This document shows positions 35,671-46,838 of a stretch of DNA of 64,000 nucleotides, piece by piece. The stretch comes from a virus. Its lineage: Duplodnaviria > Caudoviricetes. How positions within the stretch are numbered: the first letter of the stretch is position 1; every line of letters starts with the position of its first letter. The notes under the pieces are model-generated. The model saw only the letters and a program-made list of their open reading frames with translations. It was not told the origin of the DNA and made no database searches. Made by a program: the position numbers and the translations under genes. The stretch lies in the IMG/VR virus record IMGVR_UViG_3300033121_001287, positions 1 through 64,000 of that record. One strand, written 5' to 3'.

Positions 35671-35685
35671 GAGGAGTGAAAGACA

Positions 35686-36126
35686 ATGAGCATCGCCATC
35701 AGCGGTCACGGAACACTCGTCGCGCGTGCCCTTTCGGCCACGCCGACCGTGTTCACCAACATTGCCGAAATGCAGGACGTCACGCCCCCGCAGCTTTCGC
35801 GCAATGAGTTCGACGCCACCACTCAGGACCGGAACATCGACGCGTACGTGCTCGGCGTGTTGCGCCGCAGCGCGTTCACGATGTCGCTGAACTTCCTGAA
35901 CACCGACGGTTCTCACGACCACCTCACCGGTCTGATGAAGGCGATGATCACGGAGCCGCCGCCCATCGACGGTTATCGCATCACCTTCCCCGACGGCGTC
36001 GTGTGGGTCATGAGCGGTCAGGTCCAGTCGATTTCCCCGAAGGCGCCGGTCGACGGCAAGCTGTCGGCCGATGTCACGATCCGCCCCTCGGGCAAGATGA
36101 CCATCGGCGGGGTCGTCGTCGGGTAG
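35686..36126 (+). CDS. Major tail tube protein
   Basis: AGGAG RBS; DVTPPQLSR..YRITFPDG..ADVTIRPSG; strong codon bias. Confidence 0.8.
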   Translation: MSIAISGHGTLVARALSATPTVFTNIAEMQDVTPPQLSRNEFDATTQDRNIDAYVLGVLRRSAFTMSLNFLNTDGSHDHLTGLMKAMITEPPPIDGYRITFPDGVVWVMSGQVQSISPKAPVDGKLSADVTIRPSGKMTIGGVVVG

Positions 36127-36239
36127 CAAGCTGCCCCACGCAGCGCTTCGCGCTTCTCTCTGGCCCGGTCTCAAGGGGCGAGTAGCGTAGATCGGTGAGA
36201 CCGGGCAAAACAAACAACCTGCGTGGGAGAGGTTCAGTC

Positions 36240-36590
36240 ATGAGTGAAAATCAGAAGGTTCTGTCGATGGACGACATCATGAAGGCCGATGATGTCGAGT
36301 ACGCCACCATTCCGGGGTTCAAGGACGGCGAGGTGTTCCGCATCCAGTCCCTGACCGCCGGAGACCTGATCGAGTGGAGCGAGGCCAACGAGGGCGAGGC
36401 CAAGCGCACAGCCGGTCTGCGCTTGATCACCAAGAGCCTCGTCGATGCCGATGGCAAGTCCATCGCCAACGACTCGCACATCGCGGTGCTCCGTCGGAAG
36501 AGCCACAAGGTGACGGAGAGGATTGTCAAACAGATCCTCGAACTTAACGGGATGAACGTCAAGCAGGAGGGCAAGGCAAAAAACGACTGA
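36240..36590 (+). CDS. Tail assembly chaperone (gpG-like)
   Basis: Lies between tail tube and tape measure; ends in a slippery site. Confidence 0.8.
   Translation: MSENQKVLSMDDIMKADDVEYATIPGFKDGEVFRIQSLTAGDLIEWSEANEGEAKRTAGLRLITKSLVDADGKSIANDSHIAVLRRKSHKVTERIVKQILELNGMNVKQEGKAKND
36578..36584 (+). other. -1 programmed frameshift site A AAA AAC giving a gpGT-like product that ends at 36934
   Basis: X XXY YYZ heptamer in the correct phase; the -1 frame reads RLKRSPHRRFAYQLALRLGYANVDAML into ORF 36659-36934. Confidence 0.85.
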
Positions 36591-36934
36591 AGCGAAGCCC
36601 GCATCGACGCTTCGCGTACCAGTTAGCACTTCGACTGGGATACGCAAACGTAGATGCGATGCTTCGGTCAATCACCGCCAAGCAATTCGTTGAGTGGGAA
36701 GCTTACGCGCGGATGGATCCGTTTTCCGAAGCGCGAGCCGACTATCGGGCCGCATCGATTGCAATGACCGTGTATAACATGGCTGTTGAGTCGAAGCACC
36801 GAAAGAACCTCAGTGAATTCCTGCTGAAGTGGGACGAGGAAGAGCAGAAGCCGCAAAAACAGACTTGGCAGCAGCAAAAGGCTATCGCTTACATGATTGC
36901 CACTGCTTACTCGGTACCGGGACGGGACACCTAA

Positions 36935-39900
36935 ATGGACATCGGCTCACTGACAGGTCAGATCGCAATTGAAGATCAACTGACAGGAAAGCTGACGCAA
37001 ATCACCTCCTCGGTGAAGCGCTTCGCAGAGAGCTTCGACGGTGCGCTTGGTGCAACTGCTATCGCGGCAGGTGCTATTGGCGCGGCCGTAACGGGGATTG
37101 CCATTAGCATCACATCGCTTGGTGAAAAGGGTTCTGTCATCCTCGGCGTCGAGGAGTCGTTTGATCGGCTGGCGCGCACTGCCGGTTCTACAGGCGAAGA
37201 GCTGATCAACGGACTCAGTCGTGGAGTCAAGGACACCGTCGATTCGATGGTGCTCATGGAATCCACGAACCGCCTCTTGTCTTCCGGAATGCAGTTGTCC
37301 GGTAAGGACATGGAACTCATGGGCGCCGTCGCTCGTGAGATGGGCAAGGCTACTGGTCAGGATGCAGCGGGCGGGCTGAATACCCTGAGTAGTGCCTTGC
37401 TCACCGGCAATACGCGCTCGTTGAAGCGCTTCGGCATTCAAGTCGATCTGGTGAAAGCCGAGAAAGAATTTGCGGCATCACTCGGCGCAACACGCAGTGA
37501 GTTGAGCTACGAAGGCAAGCTGCAGGCGGATCGTAACGCCATGTTGGCAGCTATGAAAACGAAGCTTGACACACTCGGCGTGTCCGAAGTCAGTTTCAAA
37601 GAGAAGATCATGCAAGGGAAGATTGCCATTGGCAATTGGACCGACTCCCTTGCAAAGGCCGTAGCCGCGTCTCCGCAAATCAACAAAGCACTGGACTCCA
37701 TCAAGGCGGCGTTTGCTCGCGTCGTAGGCAGCGAGAGTCAGAAGGCTCTCGACTTCCTGATGACTTGGGCGAACCGCTTTGCTGATGGGGTATCGGAAGC
37801 AGCTCCAAAGATCGCGACGTTCATCGAAGGAGTTAAGCAGAAGATCAGTGAAATCTGGAACTGGCTCGTCGACTTCAACGAGCGATGGCAGATCACTAAC
37901 ACGCTCGTTACGGTAGGAAAGAAGGCGTGGGATCTACTGCAGACGGCATTGCAGTTCGTTGGAACCGCTATCGAAGAAGTGAAGCGAGCGTGGGCTGAAC
38001 TTCCGGAGTGGTTGCAGCGCTTGACGCAGGGCGCTCTTGAATCGGCGATTGCCATTGGTACGTACACCATTGCGATCAACGCGGTAGCAACGCCGTTTGC
38101 GGCGCTGATGTCGAAGCTCGATCTTGGCATCAACGTTATCGGTAACTTGACCGGAGCCGTCTACAACCTCCAGAATCTCACTTGGCTGTGGCAAACGCCC
38201 ATTGGGGCCGTCGCGAAGGCTTACGGTACGCTTTCGACGGCGATTGCGACGAGCACTATCGCGCAGGTGGCAGCGACCACGGCTACGACGGCGATCACAA
38301 ACGCCAAAGCGATCTGGTCGATTGTCACTATCGGCATTAGCGATGCTCTCGTCGCGCTCGGCACGCGTATTTGGGTTGTAACTGGCGCGCAAGCAGCGCA
38401 GGCGACGGCAACGAAGCTACTGGCTGGCGTGCAGGCTTTCATGCGCGGAGTGGTATTCGCGCTTTCACTGGATTACATGACGCTGACAACCGCTATCGGC
38501 GGCTCGACGTTCATGATGAACGCGCATCGGGTTGCGAGCATTGCTGCTGCAAGCGCTTCCGTCGCACTCGGCACCGCGTTGCTCGCGATCAAGTGGGTGT
38601 TGATTCCGTTGGCAGCGGCATGGGCCGCATGGGAATTTGGAAAGTGGCTCGGATCGTTTGCAAGCGTGCAGCGATCAGTCATCTGGTTGGCTGAAAAGCT
38701 GCACGTTATCTCGGCCGAAACCGCACAGGCTCGTCGTGAGTTTCTCGGACTTGATCAAGCGGTGCAGGACTGGGGTGACAATACCGGTTACGTCAAGGTC
38801 ACTCCGGAGATGCTCGACTTCCAAAACCGCATGACTCAGATCGGCAAAGAGGCCGGGAAAACCGGCGTCGATCTCGATAACTTCGTGACCGATGCTGTGC
38901 GGAAGGTGCATGAACTGAAGGACAACGGCGCAACGGCCGTGTCCATCATGACCGAACAGTTGAAGCTGCTTTCGAAGGCTGGAGATAATGCGGGGTTGAA
39001 AAAGCTCGCAGAGGAAGCAGCCAATTTGAAGGCACAAGGCGCGCAACTGACTCCGGAGCTTGACGCTCTCATCAAAAAGATGGGTGAAAAGCCTGGTGGT
39101 GGTGGTGGTGGCTGGCTGAAGACCGGTGCGGAGGATGCCGAGTCTTTCGCGCAGAAGGTTAAGGATCTTCGCAAGTCAATCGTCGATACAGTCGAACCGG
39201 TAAGAGTGTTCGCGGCGATGTTCGAAGGTCTTTCTGGATCGCAGCGTAGCAGTTGGGAGATTCAGCAGAAGATTGTCGGTGAGTTCGACAAGATGATCGC
39301 TGCTGGTCAGCTTCTAACTCCGCAGATGCAGGAGACCTACAACGCTTACACGGCCAACGTTCAAGCGATTCGTGCGGCTGCTGCAGCCTCGCTGACCGCT
39401 CAAAACGTTACGGCTGAAGAGGTTGCACTTCGTCAGAAGAACGGCGAATCACTCATTGCCATTGCTTACAGCTACGGTGTCACAACAGATAGCTTGAACG
39501 CTTACATCGAAACGGTGAAGCAGTCAGCCTCGGATGAAGAAACGGTGGCTGCTTCTCGCATGAGCGCATGGAAAGCATGGCACGATAAGCAGCAAGCGTT
39601 CTACGATCAAGGCGTCTCACTCGAAAACGAATACAAGCAGAAAATGGTGGCTTCGGCCGGTGAAACGGCCGCCACTCGCGTGGCCGCCATTCAGAAAACG
39701 CTGCAGGCCGAATTGGATCGGCTTGAGCAGTTCAAATTGATGGGCACGTACGAAGCGAGTGAGATCGACAAACAGATCAGTCTCCGTCGGAAGATGGCAA
39801 ACGAAGAGATTGCCATTGCCAACGGCACCTCGCGCACCATCGAAACGCGCATGCGCGCTCAGGGCGTACTCACTCGCCGTGAGATGCAGCAGACGGCGCT

Positions 39901-41758
39901 CGACGCAATTCGTGATTACAGCCAAATGAAGGCAAGCGGGTTGTACTCCGCAGATCAAATCGAAGCTGCTTTCAAGCGGGCGCAAGAGGCGATGGATGCT
40001 GCGGCCCCGGCTGAGAAGTGGCGCAAGATCGCCGTCGAAGTCGCCGACGCCTTCGGCGATATGTTTGAGGGCATCAACAGCAACGTCGCGCAAGCTATTC
40101 ACGTCTTTGCGCGAGGCTTGGAAGTCATGGTTGACAAATCCAAGTCTGGTGCTGCGCGCATTGCAGCCGCGTTCGGCACTGCGGCATCGGTGCTCAACTC
40201 ACTGCTTGGTGATAATAAGGGTCGCAGAGGTAGCGCCGCAGTTAGCGGTCTGAGTGGCGCGGCTGCTGGCGTAGGTGCTGGCGCAGCCATTGGATCTATC
40301 GTACCCGGCATCGGCACGGTTACCGGCGCCGTCGTAGGTGGGATCGTTGGCGGCATCGGCGGTATGATTGGCGGTTGGAACTCCGGTGGGGCCGCGAAGG
40401 CCGCCGAGAACAACGACGCTACGAAGAAGATTCGTGAGTACCAAGCGGAGCTAGTCAAGACCTACGGATCGCTGCAGGCAATCGACCGATACGGTCAAAT
40501 CCTCGGTGTGGATCTTGCAGCGGCTTGGGGCGATCAGTCGGTTGCCGGATTGGAACATTTCCAGCAGTTGATGGAGGAGTTCAAAGGTAGGATGGAAGGT
40601 TTGCAGTCAGCGCTGGAAACTTACGGACTGACTTGGCGCGATCTCGGAAGTGAAATGCAGCAATTGTCATTTACCGAGACCGCACAGAACCTCATTCGCG
40701 ATTTCAATCTCCTGACAAGAGCGGGTGCAGACTCGGATCTTGTGATTCGACGTATGGGTCCATCGCTGAGTCAGCTTGTGACTGATGCGGTGCAGACCGG
40801 CGTGAAGATTCCGCAGGCGTTGCAGCCGATTTTGGAAAAGCTGATCCGCATGGGCGGCCTGACAGACGAGGCTGCACGCGCGATGCTCGGGTTGACGCAG
40901 ACGGCCGGGCCGTCGTTAGGTCAAGTTACAGAGGCTGCGGAGCGCTACGGACTGAAGCTGGATGATCTTGGTCCAAAAGTGCAGCAACTTCGTATCACTG
41001 AAACCGCGAACCAGATTGCAGCCGACTTCAAAACGTTGACCGAAGCCGGGGTGCCCTTCGAAGCCCTGATGAAGGACACCACGAAGCGCGTCACTGATAC
41101 CGGTGCGAGCTTCGACTCGATGTCAGCGCAGGCTCAGAAGTCTTATCTGGATGCTGGCGGCGTAATCACGACGGTGACTACCGGCATGCACCATGACATC
41201 CAAGACATGGTGACAAAGGCGCTCGCTTCTGGCGCTGAGTTGCCGCGCGCAATGCAACCGATCATTGAGCAACTGATTGCGGCCGGTGGGCCAAACGGGC
41301 TCGTCGATCAGTTTGGCAACGCACTGACCGACGTTTCAAAGCTGAATTTTGCGGCTGACTTGTCGGGCATGTTCGAAGACCTGATTACGAAGCTCGACGA
41401 GTTGATCGACAAGATCGGTAACGGCATCGGCGGCGCAGCAGACCGAGCAAGCAATCACACCATCGTAATCCCTTGGAAATACGAGCAGCAAGGTGGCGAC
41501 GGTGGTCCCGATGCTACCGGTCGCGCCGGTGGTGGTGTGATTTACGCATCCGGTGGATTCCGAGTGCGAGGAACCGATACGGTTCCGGCCATGCTGACGC
41601 CCGGCGAACGCGTGTTGACCGTCGCCGAGAATCGTGAGTACGAACGCGGAGGCGGTCAGGAGTTTGTGATGGCTCCGGTCATCATGGAAGGCATCAAGGT
41701 CGCAGAGGCGATGGTGATCACGAAGCGTAGGCACGGTCTCGGAAGGGGCCGCCGCTAA
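36935..41758 (+). CDS. Tape measure protein
   Basis: 1607 aa, Ala-rich and helical; C-terminal GTDTVPAMLTPGERVL. Confidence 0.92.
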   Translation: MDIGSLTGQIAIEDQLTGKLTQITSSVKRFAESFDGALGATAIAAGAIGAAVTGIAISITSLGEKGSVILGVEESFDRLARTAGSTGEELINGLSRGVKDTVDSMVLMESTNRLLSSGMQLSGKDMELMGAVAREMGKATGQDAAGGLNTLSSALLTGNTRSLKRFGIQVDLVKAEKEFAASLGATRSELSYEGKLQADRNAMLAAMKTKLDTLGVSEVSFKEKIMQGKIAIGNWTDSLAKAVAASPQINKALDSIKAAFARVVGSESQKALDFLMTWANRFADGVSEAAPKIATFIEGVKQKISEIWNWLVDFNERWQITNTLVTVGKKAWDLLQTALQFVGTAIEEVKRAWAELPEWLQRLTQGALESAIAIGTYTIAINAVATPFAALMSKLDLGINVIGNLTGAVYNLQNLTWLWQTPIGAVAKAYGTLSTAIATSTIAQVAATTATTAITNAKAIWSIVTIGISDALVALGTRIWVVTGAQAAQATATKLLAGVQAFMRGVVFALSLDYMTLTTAIGGSTFMMNAHRVASIAAASASVALGTALLAIKWVLIPLAAAWAAWEFGKWLGSFASVQRSVIWLAEKLHVISAETAQARREFLGLDQAVQDWGDNTGYVKVTPEMLDFQNRMTQIGKEAGKTGVDLDNFVTDAVRKVHELKDNGATAVSIMTEQLKLLSKAGDNAGLKKLAEEAANLKAQGAQLTPELDALIKKMGEKPGGGGGGWLKTGAEDAESFAQKVKDLRKSIVDTVEPVRVFAAMFEGLSGSQRSSWEIQQKIVGEFDKMIAAGQLLTPQMQETYNAYTANVQAIRAAAAASLTAQNVTAEEVALRQKNGESLIAIAYSYGVTTDSLNAYIETVKQSASDEETVAASRMSAWKAWHDKQQAFYDQGVSLENEYKQKMVASAGETAATRVAAIQKTLQAELDRLEQFKLMGTYEASEIDKQISLRRKMANEEIAIANGTSRTIETRMRAQGVLTRREMQQTALDAIRDYSQMKASGLYSADQIEAAFKRAQEAMDAAAPAEKWRKIAVEVADAFGDMFEGINSNVAQAIHVFARGLEVMVDKSKSGAARIAAAFGTAASVLNSLLGDNKGRRGSAAVSGLSGAAAGVGAGAAIGSIVPGIGTVTGAVVGGIVGGIGGMIGGWNSGGAAKAAENNDATKKIREYQAELVKTYGSLQAIDRYGQILGVDLAAAWGDQSVAGLEHFQQLMEEFKGRMEGLQSALETYGLTWRDLGSEMQQLSFTETAQNLIRDFNLLTRAGADSDLVIRRMGPSLSQLVTDAVQTGVKIPQALQPILEKLIRMGGLTDEAARAMLGLTQTAGPSLGQVTEAAERYGLKLDDLGPKVQQLRITETANQIAADFKTLTEAGVPFEALMKDTTKRVTDTGASFDSMSAQAQKSYLDAGGVITTVTTGMHHDIQDMVTKALASGAELPRAMQPIIEQLIAAGGPNGLVDQFGNALTDVSKLNFAADLSGMFEDLITKLDELIDKIGNGIGGAADRASNHTIVIPWKYEQQGGDGGPDATGRAGGGVIYASGGFRVRGTDTVPAMLTPGERVLTVAENREYERGGGQEFVMAPVIMEGIKVAEAMVITKRRHGLGRGRR

Positions 41759-43665
41759 TGCCGACGCGCACGCTGACCATCAATGGCGCGACAAAACAAA
41801 TTCTGCCCGGTTGGACGATCAATGAATCGATCAACAACCGGTCAGTTTTTTCATTTCAGTTGGTCGCCGATACTATCGCGAGCATGCCCGCGCTCGGCGA
41901 CGAGGTCGTCTTCATTGAAAGCCTCGAACGCATCTTCGGCGGGAACATCGACACGCCGGTAGCGACGGGCGTCAGTAGTGAGCCATCGACGAAGGTCATC
42001 GCGCAGATCTCCTGCACGGACTACAACGCGCTCGCCGATACCCGATTCGTATTGCTCGACTTGGATTCGGCAACCCTCAAGAGCGTGCTGCAAAGCGCGG
42101 AGGCTGCCGGTTTCTTTCCGGCCGGTGTGACGCTCGATGCGGCGCAAGTCACCGGGCCGACGCTGCCGAATTTATCATTCAGAGACTACGAAGATCGATG
42201 CATGCTGTCGAACTTCCTGAATGAGATTTGCGCGCTCGATCCGACCTATAAGTACATCTGGAACATCGACTACAATAAGAAGCTGAAGGTCTTCCTTCCA
42301 TCGACGAACCCTGCGCCATTCGACATGATCGACGGCGACCAGCGGATCATTGGCGACCTTCGCGTCGAGCCATCCAGCCTGAACTACGCGAACCGCATCA
42401 TTCTGCTCTTCGACGCTATCGACGCCCCCGTCGCTGCTTGGGGCTTCCTGCAAGTCACCACGAACTTTGTGGACGGTGATAAAGTCAAGCTCGGATCGAC
42501 GACTTACACCTTTAAGAACTCAGTCGGTACCACCGCAAACCAAGTCAAGGTTGGTGTCGACTCAGAAACTAGCCTGCAGAATCTCGTAGCCGCGATCAAT
42601 CTCGGTGCTGGTAGTGGGACGCTTTACGGTTCAGACACCGAGTTGAACGATTCGGCTTACACCTACATGGGTGCTATCGGAGCTACGGACGCGAACATCG
42701 CGGCCAAGGCCCATGAGCCCGGTGCTGCCGGAAACTCCATCGCTGTTGAGTCGGTGCATTCGGATAACTCACCGAACACCGGTGCAAAGTGGTTGTGGGA
42801 AGGCGGCCTTGATCTTACGACGCTACAAGGTGGCAATGATGAGCGCACGCTGATTCGGTACGTTGACTCGCGTCACTCCTCGTTTGCTACAAACCCCGTC
42901 GAACGCACGATCAAGATCCCCGGATTGACCGACCCCGTAGTCGCACAGAAGTTGTGCGATAACGCCCTGACATTGGCGTTGAACGTCCCGAAGAAGGTCA
43001 ATTACACCACGATCATGACCGGCTTGCATCCCGGTCAGGTGCAAACGATTCAGTACGCGAAGCGCGGTATCAACGGGCAGTACTTGATCACCGATGTTAC
43101 CAAGCGCAGTCGTGACGCCGGTGAAAGCGCGAACGTTGTCATTCATGAAGTCACCGCCATCGAAGGTACGGTTTTCAGCGATGATTGGCGGCAGTCGTCG
43201 ATGTTTGGCGGGGCAGGAGACGCCACGGTAAGCGGCGCACTGACTATCGTCAATAACACATCGTCCGGCGGCGGCGGCACCGGAGGATCCGGGGTTGCCA
43301 TTGTGGAACTTGGGGGTAGCCGTCTTTACGGGTACACCAGTAACGTCTGGCGTGACGCGCCTGAGTTCAACGACAAGATTCTCAATGTATCCGCCGTCGG
43401 ACGATTTCGTTGTCATCAGAAGACAAACGATGCGGGCACAAGCGTACAGACTCGCGTCGTAGCCGTCGATAGCGCTGGAGCGGTCATCGCGCAATGCGCG
43501 ATCTCACCTGCTTCGACGAACACGGGATGGGGCTACGGCGAAGCGGGTCATTACGTGGACGTGGAATTCACTCCCATTGCAGGCGTGAACGCATATCGAC
43601 TGCAAATCAAGGGTTCAAACGCAGCGGCAACAGTGTGGGTCGCAGGAGCCTACTTGTCATGGTAA
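41758..43665 (+). CDS. Tail tip/hub protein
   Basis: Follows the tape measure; YANRIIL and LHPGQVQTI segments; inserted Gly/Thr-rich domain. Confidence 0.6.
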   Translation: MPTRTLTINGATKQILPGWTINESINNRSVFSFQLVADTIASMPALGDEVVFIESLERIFGGNIDTPVATGVSSEPSTKVIAQISCTDYNALADTRFVLLDLDSATLKSVLQSAEAAGFFPAGVTLDAAQVTGPTLPNLSFRDYEDRCMLSNFLNEICALDPTYKYIWNIDYNKKLKVFLPSTNPAPFDMIDGDQRIIGDLRVEPSSLNYANRIILLFDAIDAPVAAWGFLQVTTNFVDGDKVKLGSTTYTFKNSVGTTANQVKVGVDSETSLQNLVAAINLGAGSGTLYGSDTELNDSAYTYMGAIGATDANIAAKAHEPGAAGNSIAVESVHSDNSPNTGAKWLWEGGLDLTTLQGGNDERTLIRYVDSRHSSFATNPVERTIKIPGLTDPVVAQKLCDNALTLALNVPKKVNYTTIMTGLHPGQVQTIQYAKRGINGQYLITDVTKRSRDAGESANVVIHEVTAIEGTVFSDDWRQSSMFGGAGDATVSGALTIVNNTSSGGGGTGGSGVAIVELGGSRLYGYTSNVWRDAPEFNDKILNVSAVGRFRCHQKTNDAGTSVQTRVVAVDSAGAVIAQCAISPASTNTGWGYGEAGHYVDVEFTPIAGVNAYRLQIKGSNAAATVWVAGAYLSW

Positions 43666-46600
43666 AAAGAGCGCTGATCGCGTTGCTGATGCTGGTGTGC
43701 TTCTATTCATCGGCTGCTGCACAAGACATCGTTGGACAGAAGTTGACGCTATTGTCACTCGCATCTCGGGCTTCGGAAACCGAGTGCCTCTGGATCAACA
43801 GTAGCACCGGCGTCGTGGTCAAAGGCGCATGCCCGGCAGGCGATATCACCGGCGTATCCTTCACACTACCCTCGATTTTTGATGCGGTATCGGCTTGTAC
43901 CACTGGTGATTGTGCCTTCACGTTTGTGCTCGCATCCCAGTCGGCCAACACGATTTTCGCGCGTTCAACCGGGGCAGGCCTGCCATCGTTTCAGTCAATG
44001 ACAAAAGCGATGACACCGGCTACGACGGTGCATACGGATCAAACAAATACGTATGGTGCATTCCTGCAAACCTTCGGTGGTGGGTTGACGGTAAGCAGCG
44101 GCACCACGACGACGCAGGCCCTGTCATCGACGACGGGTACGTTTAGTAGTACGCTTGCCGTGACAAGCACTGCGGATCTTAAGGGCAATATCAGTGATAG
44201 TACCGGCAATCTTACATTCAACGACTCGGCTGATATCCTTGACAATCTCAATCTTGGATCGGCCGCCGGTGAGTACGTAAGAAGCGCAAACTACGTATCG
44301 CGCACAACTGGTTGGCAAGCCGACTACGGAGGTAACGCGGATTTTCGCGATCTCTTTTCCGATCAGTTGAAGGTAAAGCTTTTCACCGTCGAACAGACGC
44401 AGGCGGTGAATGGGTCCATGCAGTGGACAAAATCGGTAACAGAACTTGCTGGCGAATCTACCGTAGCTGGCGCGGTAACCTGTCCGACGCTTGGTGCTGC
44501 TGAGACCTATTGGTTCCGTGACTTTCCAAACGCGGCTAATATTCGGGTGTTTCAGGCGAACGACTACGTTTCCATTCGTACCCTTTCATGGGCAGATAGT
44601 GGGACGGATGGCGCCGCCGAATTGAACGTGAGTGACTGCATCGGCGTCGTAACTGCCTACGCGGATGGTACGGCTGGCAACGACGGTTATCAGTCTTGGA
44701 CTTTTACACGACCGGCCGGTGCGAACGGTGGTTCAATGGCGGGAGGCACAAGCATCCCGTTGAAGGTGCAAGCGTTGAACTACGGTGTTACGGCCGATGG
44801 CGTGCTTGAAGCCACAGTGACGGATGGGTCGAACAACGTCAACGCTCCGTACTTCGGAGTGAAAAAGTGGACGACCTCGCCTATTGCGGCAAACTTCACA
44901 GCTCTTGCTCGATTCGGTCAGCTTCGCGGTATCACAGGCACCGACGAGTACGGGATCTTTGCGGGTCCATCTTACAACGCAGTCAACGGGCAGTTTTTCC
45001 GTGCTTCTGATCAGAACTTTGATCTGCACGGCATTGACTTCAGTTTGTGGGATGCCGATAGCGCCAACATTATTATGCGCCGTAACAGCGGCAACCCGTA
45101 CTTTGCCGTCGGCAACCCGGCCCCAACCACCTACGCTTCTGGTGAGGGCATCTGGCAAGGGAGCGATAGCGGTACCTACAAGTTCCGCATCGGAAACCCC
45201 GGTGGGAATCTGCTCGCTTACGATAGCGGAACTGACATCTTGAGTGTGACTGGATCGATTACGGCTGGATCGGGCGCAATTGGTGGCTGGTCGATTGGAA
45301 CGTCGGCACTCACTTCGGGCAGCGGGGCCACAACGGTGGGATTGGATTCAGGCGGAACGAATCCCGCTATCTACGCCGGTAGCGCAACGCCGGGAAGCGC
45401 ACCGTTTAGAGTGACAAACGCTGGTGCAGTGACGGCAACGAACGCAACGGTCACCGGATCGATCCAGACGACGGCGAACTGCGGATCGGCTTCGACGTGG
45501 TGCGGCATCTTCGACTCGAACGGGCTGAAGTGGTACGACTCCAACAACGTGCTGCGCGTGCAGTTGTCGAGCACGTGGAAGGGAGTGGCCGTCCAGTCGA
45601 GCACGTTCAGTGACATCTACGATAAGGAAGGCAATTTCGAGTTCATGGGACCGTCGGGTTCCGTTGGAATCTTTGGCACGACGGCATTCGAAAACGCGGC
45701 ACACACCGTCAAGCACGTGAAGTTGACAACGAGGAACGCCTACGCAACGGGCGCATCGACGAAGGCGGCGTACTTGCACATCACCGCAGAGGGCACGAAC
45801 ACCTCGAACGCGACCGACAGTGAAACGGCAGGCGGCGCGCGGATCGAGCTGTACTCAGCAGGCCCAAGCGCCACGCAGACAATCACGGCAACGGCGGCGA
45901 CGTCCATTGCAGCCGTGACTCCAATCATGGAGGTCGTGCAGGATGCCGCGTCAGCGAACTTACAGGCGACAACCTACATCGGTGCCGGATCCGGACTCGT
46001 TGGCGTGTTGAAATCACGCACGGCTCATGGAACATCCGGATCACCAACACAGATGCTGTCCGGTGAGCGGTACGGCCTCGTCGCCTTCGAAGGCTACGCA
46101 ACGACGACGGGTTTCGTCGCTAGCAGCGTAATTAACGCGTACGCGACGGAAAATCACACGAGCACGGCGCGAGGATCCTACATTTCCATTGGTACGACCC
46201 ATGCAGGTACGACGACGCGTGCAGACCGAGTGAAGATCAGTTCCACTGGTGGGGGCTCCCCAACGCTTGATACGCTCGCAGGCGCATGGGGCACGGGCGC
46301 ATCAGCCTACGGATCCTTCATCGGATCGGGGAATAATTCCTCAGGTAACGGCGCTGCCGGGAACCTTTCGATGTATCGCCGTAGCGGCACCATCGACTAC
46401 GTGTGGTCAGACAACGCCGGGAACCTGCGGATCAACTCCGCGCCGCCGTCCGAATCGCTCGGGTCGCCCAACTACGATACGACCACTGGTACGGTCGTCG
46501 GCACACAGACCTCGTCGCGTCGATTTAAGAACGTGCTACATGAGCGTACTGACTACGAAGCCATGCGAAACGTTGTGTTGTTCGCACCGGTATGGGATTT

Positions 46601-46808
46601 CACTTACAAGTCCGGCGCGTTTGGTGGGGAAACATTCACCGGTATTACCTGCGAGGATACACCTGAATTCTGCATGGATGGTGGTAAAAGCCTCAACCCG
46701 GCAAACGCTATCGGGTACCTGATAGGTACGATTAAGGCGCAGCAAACTGAAATCGACGATCTAAAGACACGTCTCGCTCGTCTCGAAGCTCTTCTCGGCG
46801 GCCGGTAA
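43659..46808 (+). CDS. Tail fibre/spike with C-terminal intramolecular chaperone (peptidase S74-like) and N-terminal signal-peptide-like sequence
   Basis: TSSRRFKN..FTYK..GITCED plus terminal coiled coil; starts MVKRALIALLMLVCFYSSAAAQ. Confidence 0.75.
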   Translation: MVKRALIALLMLVCFYSSAAAQDIVGQKLTLLSLASRASETECLWINSSTGVVVKGACPAGDITGVSFTLPSIFDAVSACTTGDCAFTFVLASQSANTIFARSTGAGLPSFQSMTKAMTPATTVHTDQTNTYGAFLQTFGGGLTVSSGTTTTQALSSTTGTFSSTLAVTSTADLKGNISDSTGNLTFNDSADILDNLNLGSAAGEYVRSANYVSRTTGWQADYGGNADFRDLFSDQLKVKLFTVEQTQAVNGSMQWTKSVTELAGESTVAGAVTCPTLGAAETYWFRDFPNAANIRVFQANDYVSIRTLSWADSGTDGAAELNVSDCIGVVTAYADGTAGNDGYQSWTFTRPAGANGGSMAGGTSIPLKVQALNYGVTADGVLEATVTDGSNNVNAPYFGVKKWTTSPIAANFTALARFGQLRGITGTDEYGIFAGPSYNAVNGQFFRASDQNFDLHGIDFSLWDADSANIIMRRNSGNPYFAVGNPAPTTYASGEGIWQGSDSGTYKFRIGNPGGNLLAYDSGTDILSVTGSITAGSGAIGGWSIGTSALTSGSGATTVGLDSGGTNPAIYAGSATPGSAPFRVTNAGAVTATNATVTGSIQTTANCGSASTWCGIFDSNGLKWYDSNNVLRVQLSSTWKGVAVQSSTFSDIYDKEGNFEFMGPSGSVGIFGTTAFENAAHTVKHVKLTTRNAYATGASTKAAYLHITAEGTNTSNATDSETAGGARIELYSAGPSATQTITATAATSIAAVTPIMEVVQDAASANLQATTYIGAGSGLVGVLKSRTAHGTSGSPTQMLSGERYGLVAFEGYATTTGFVASSVINAYATENHTSTARGSYISIGTTHAGTTTRADRVKISSTGGGSPTLDTLAGAWGTGASAYGSFIGSGNNSSGNGAAGNLSMYRRSGTIDYVWSDNAGNLRINSAPPSESLGSPNYDTTTGTVVGTQTSSRRFKNVLHERTDYEAMRNVVLFAPVWDFTYKSGAFGGETFTGITCEDTPEFCMDGGKSLNPANAIGYLIGTIKAQQTEIDDLKTRLARLEALLGGR

Positions 46809-46838
46809 CTTGCGCGTCTTCGAAAGGAAGCGTGCGCC

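Noticed and set aside
36240-36934. Tail chaperone -1 frameshift as a novelty
   Set aside because: Well supported but a standard feature of long-tailed phages; listed as a feature only.
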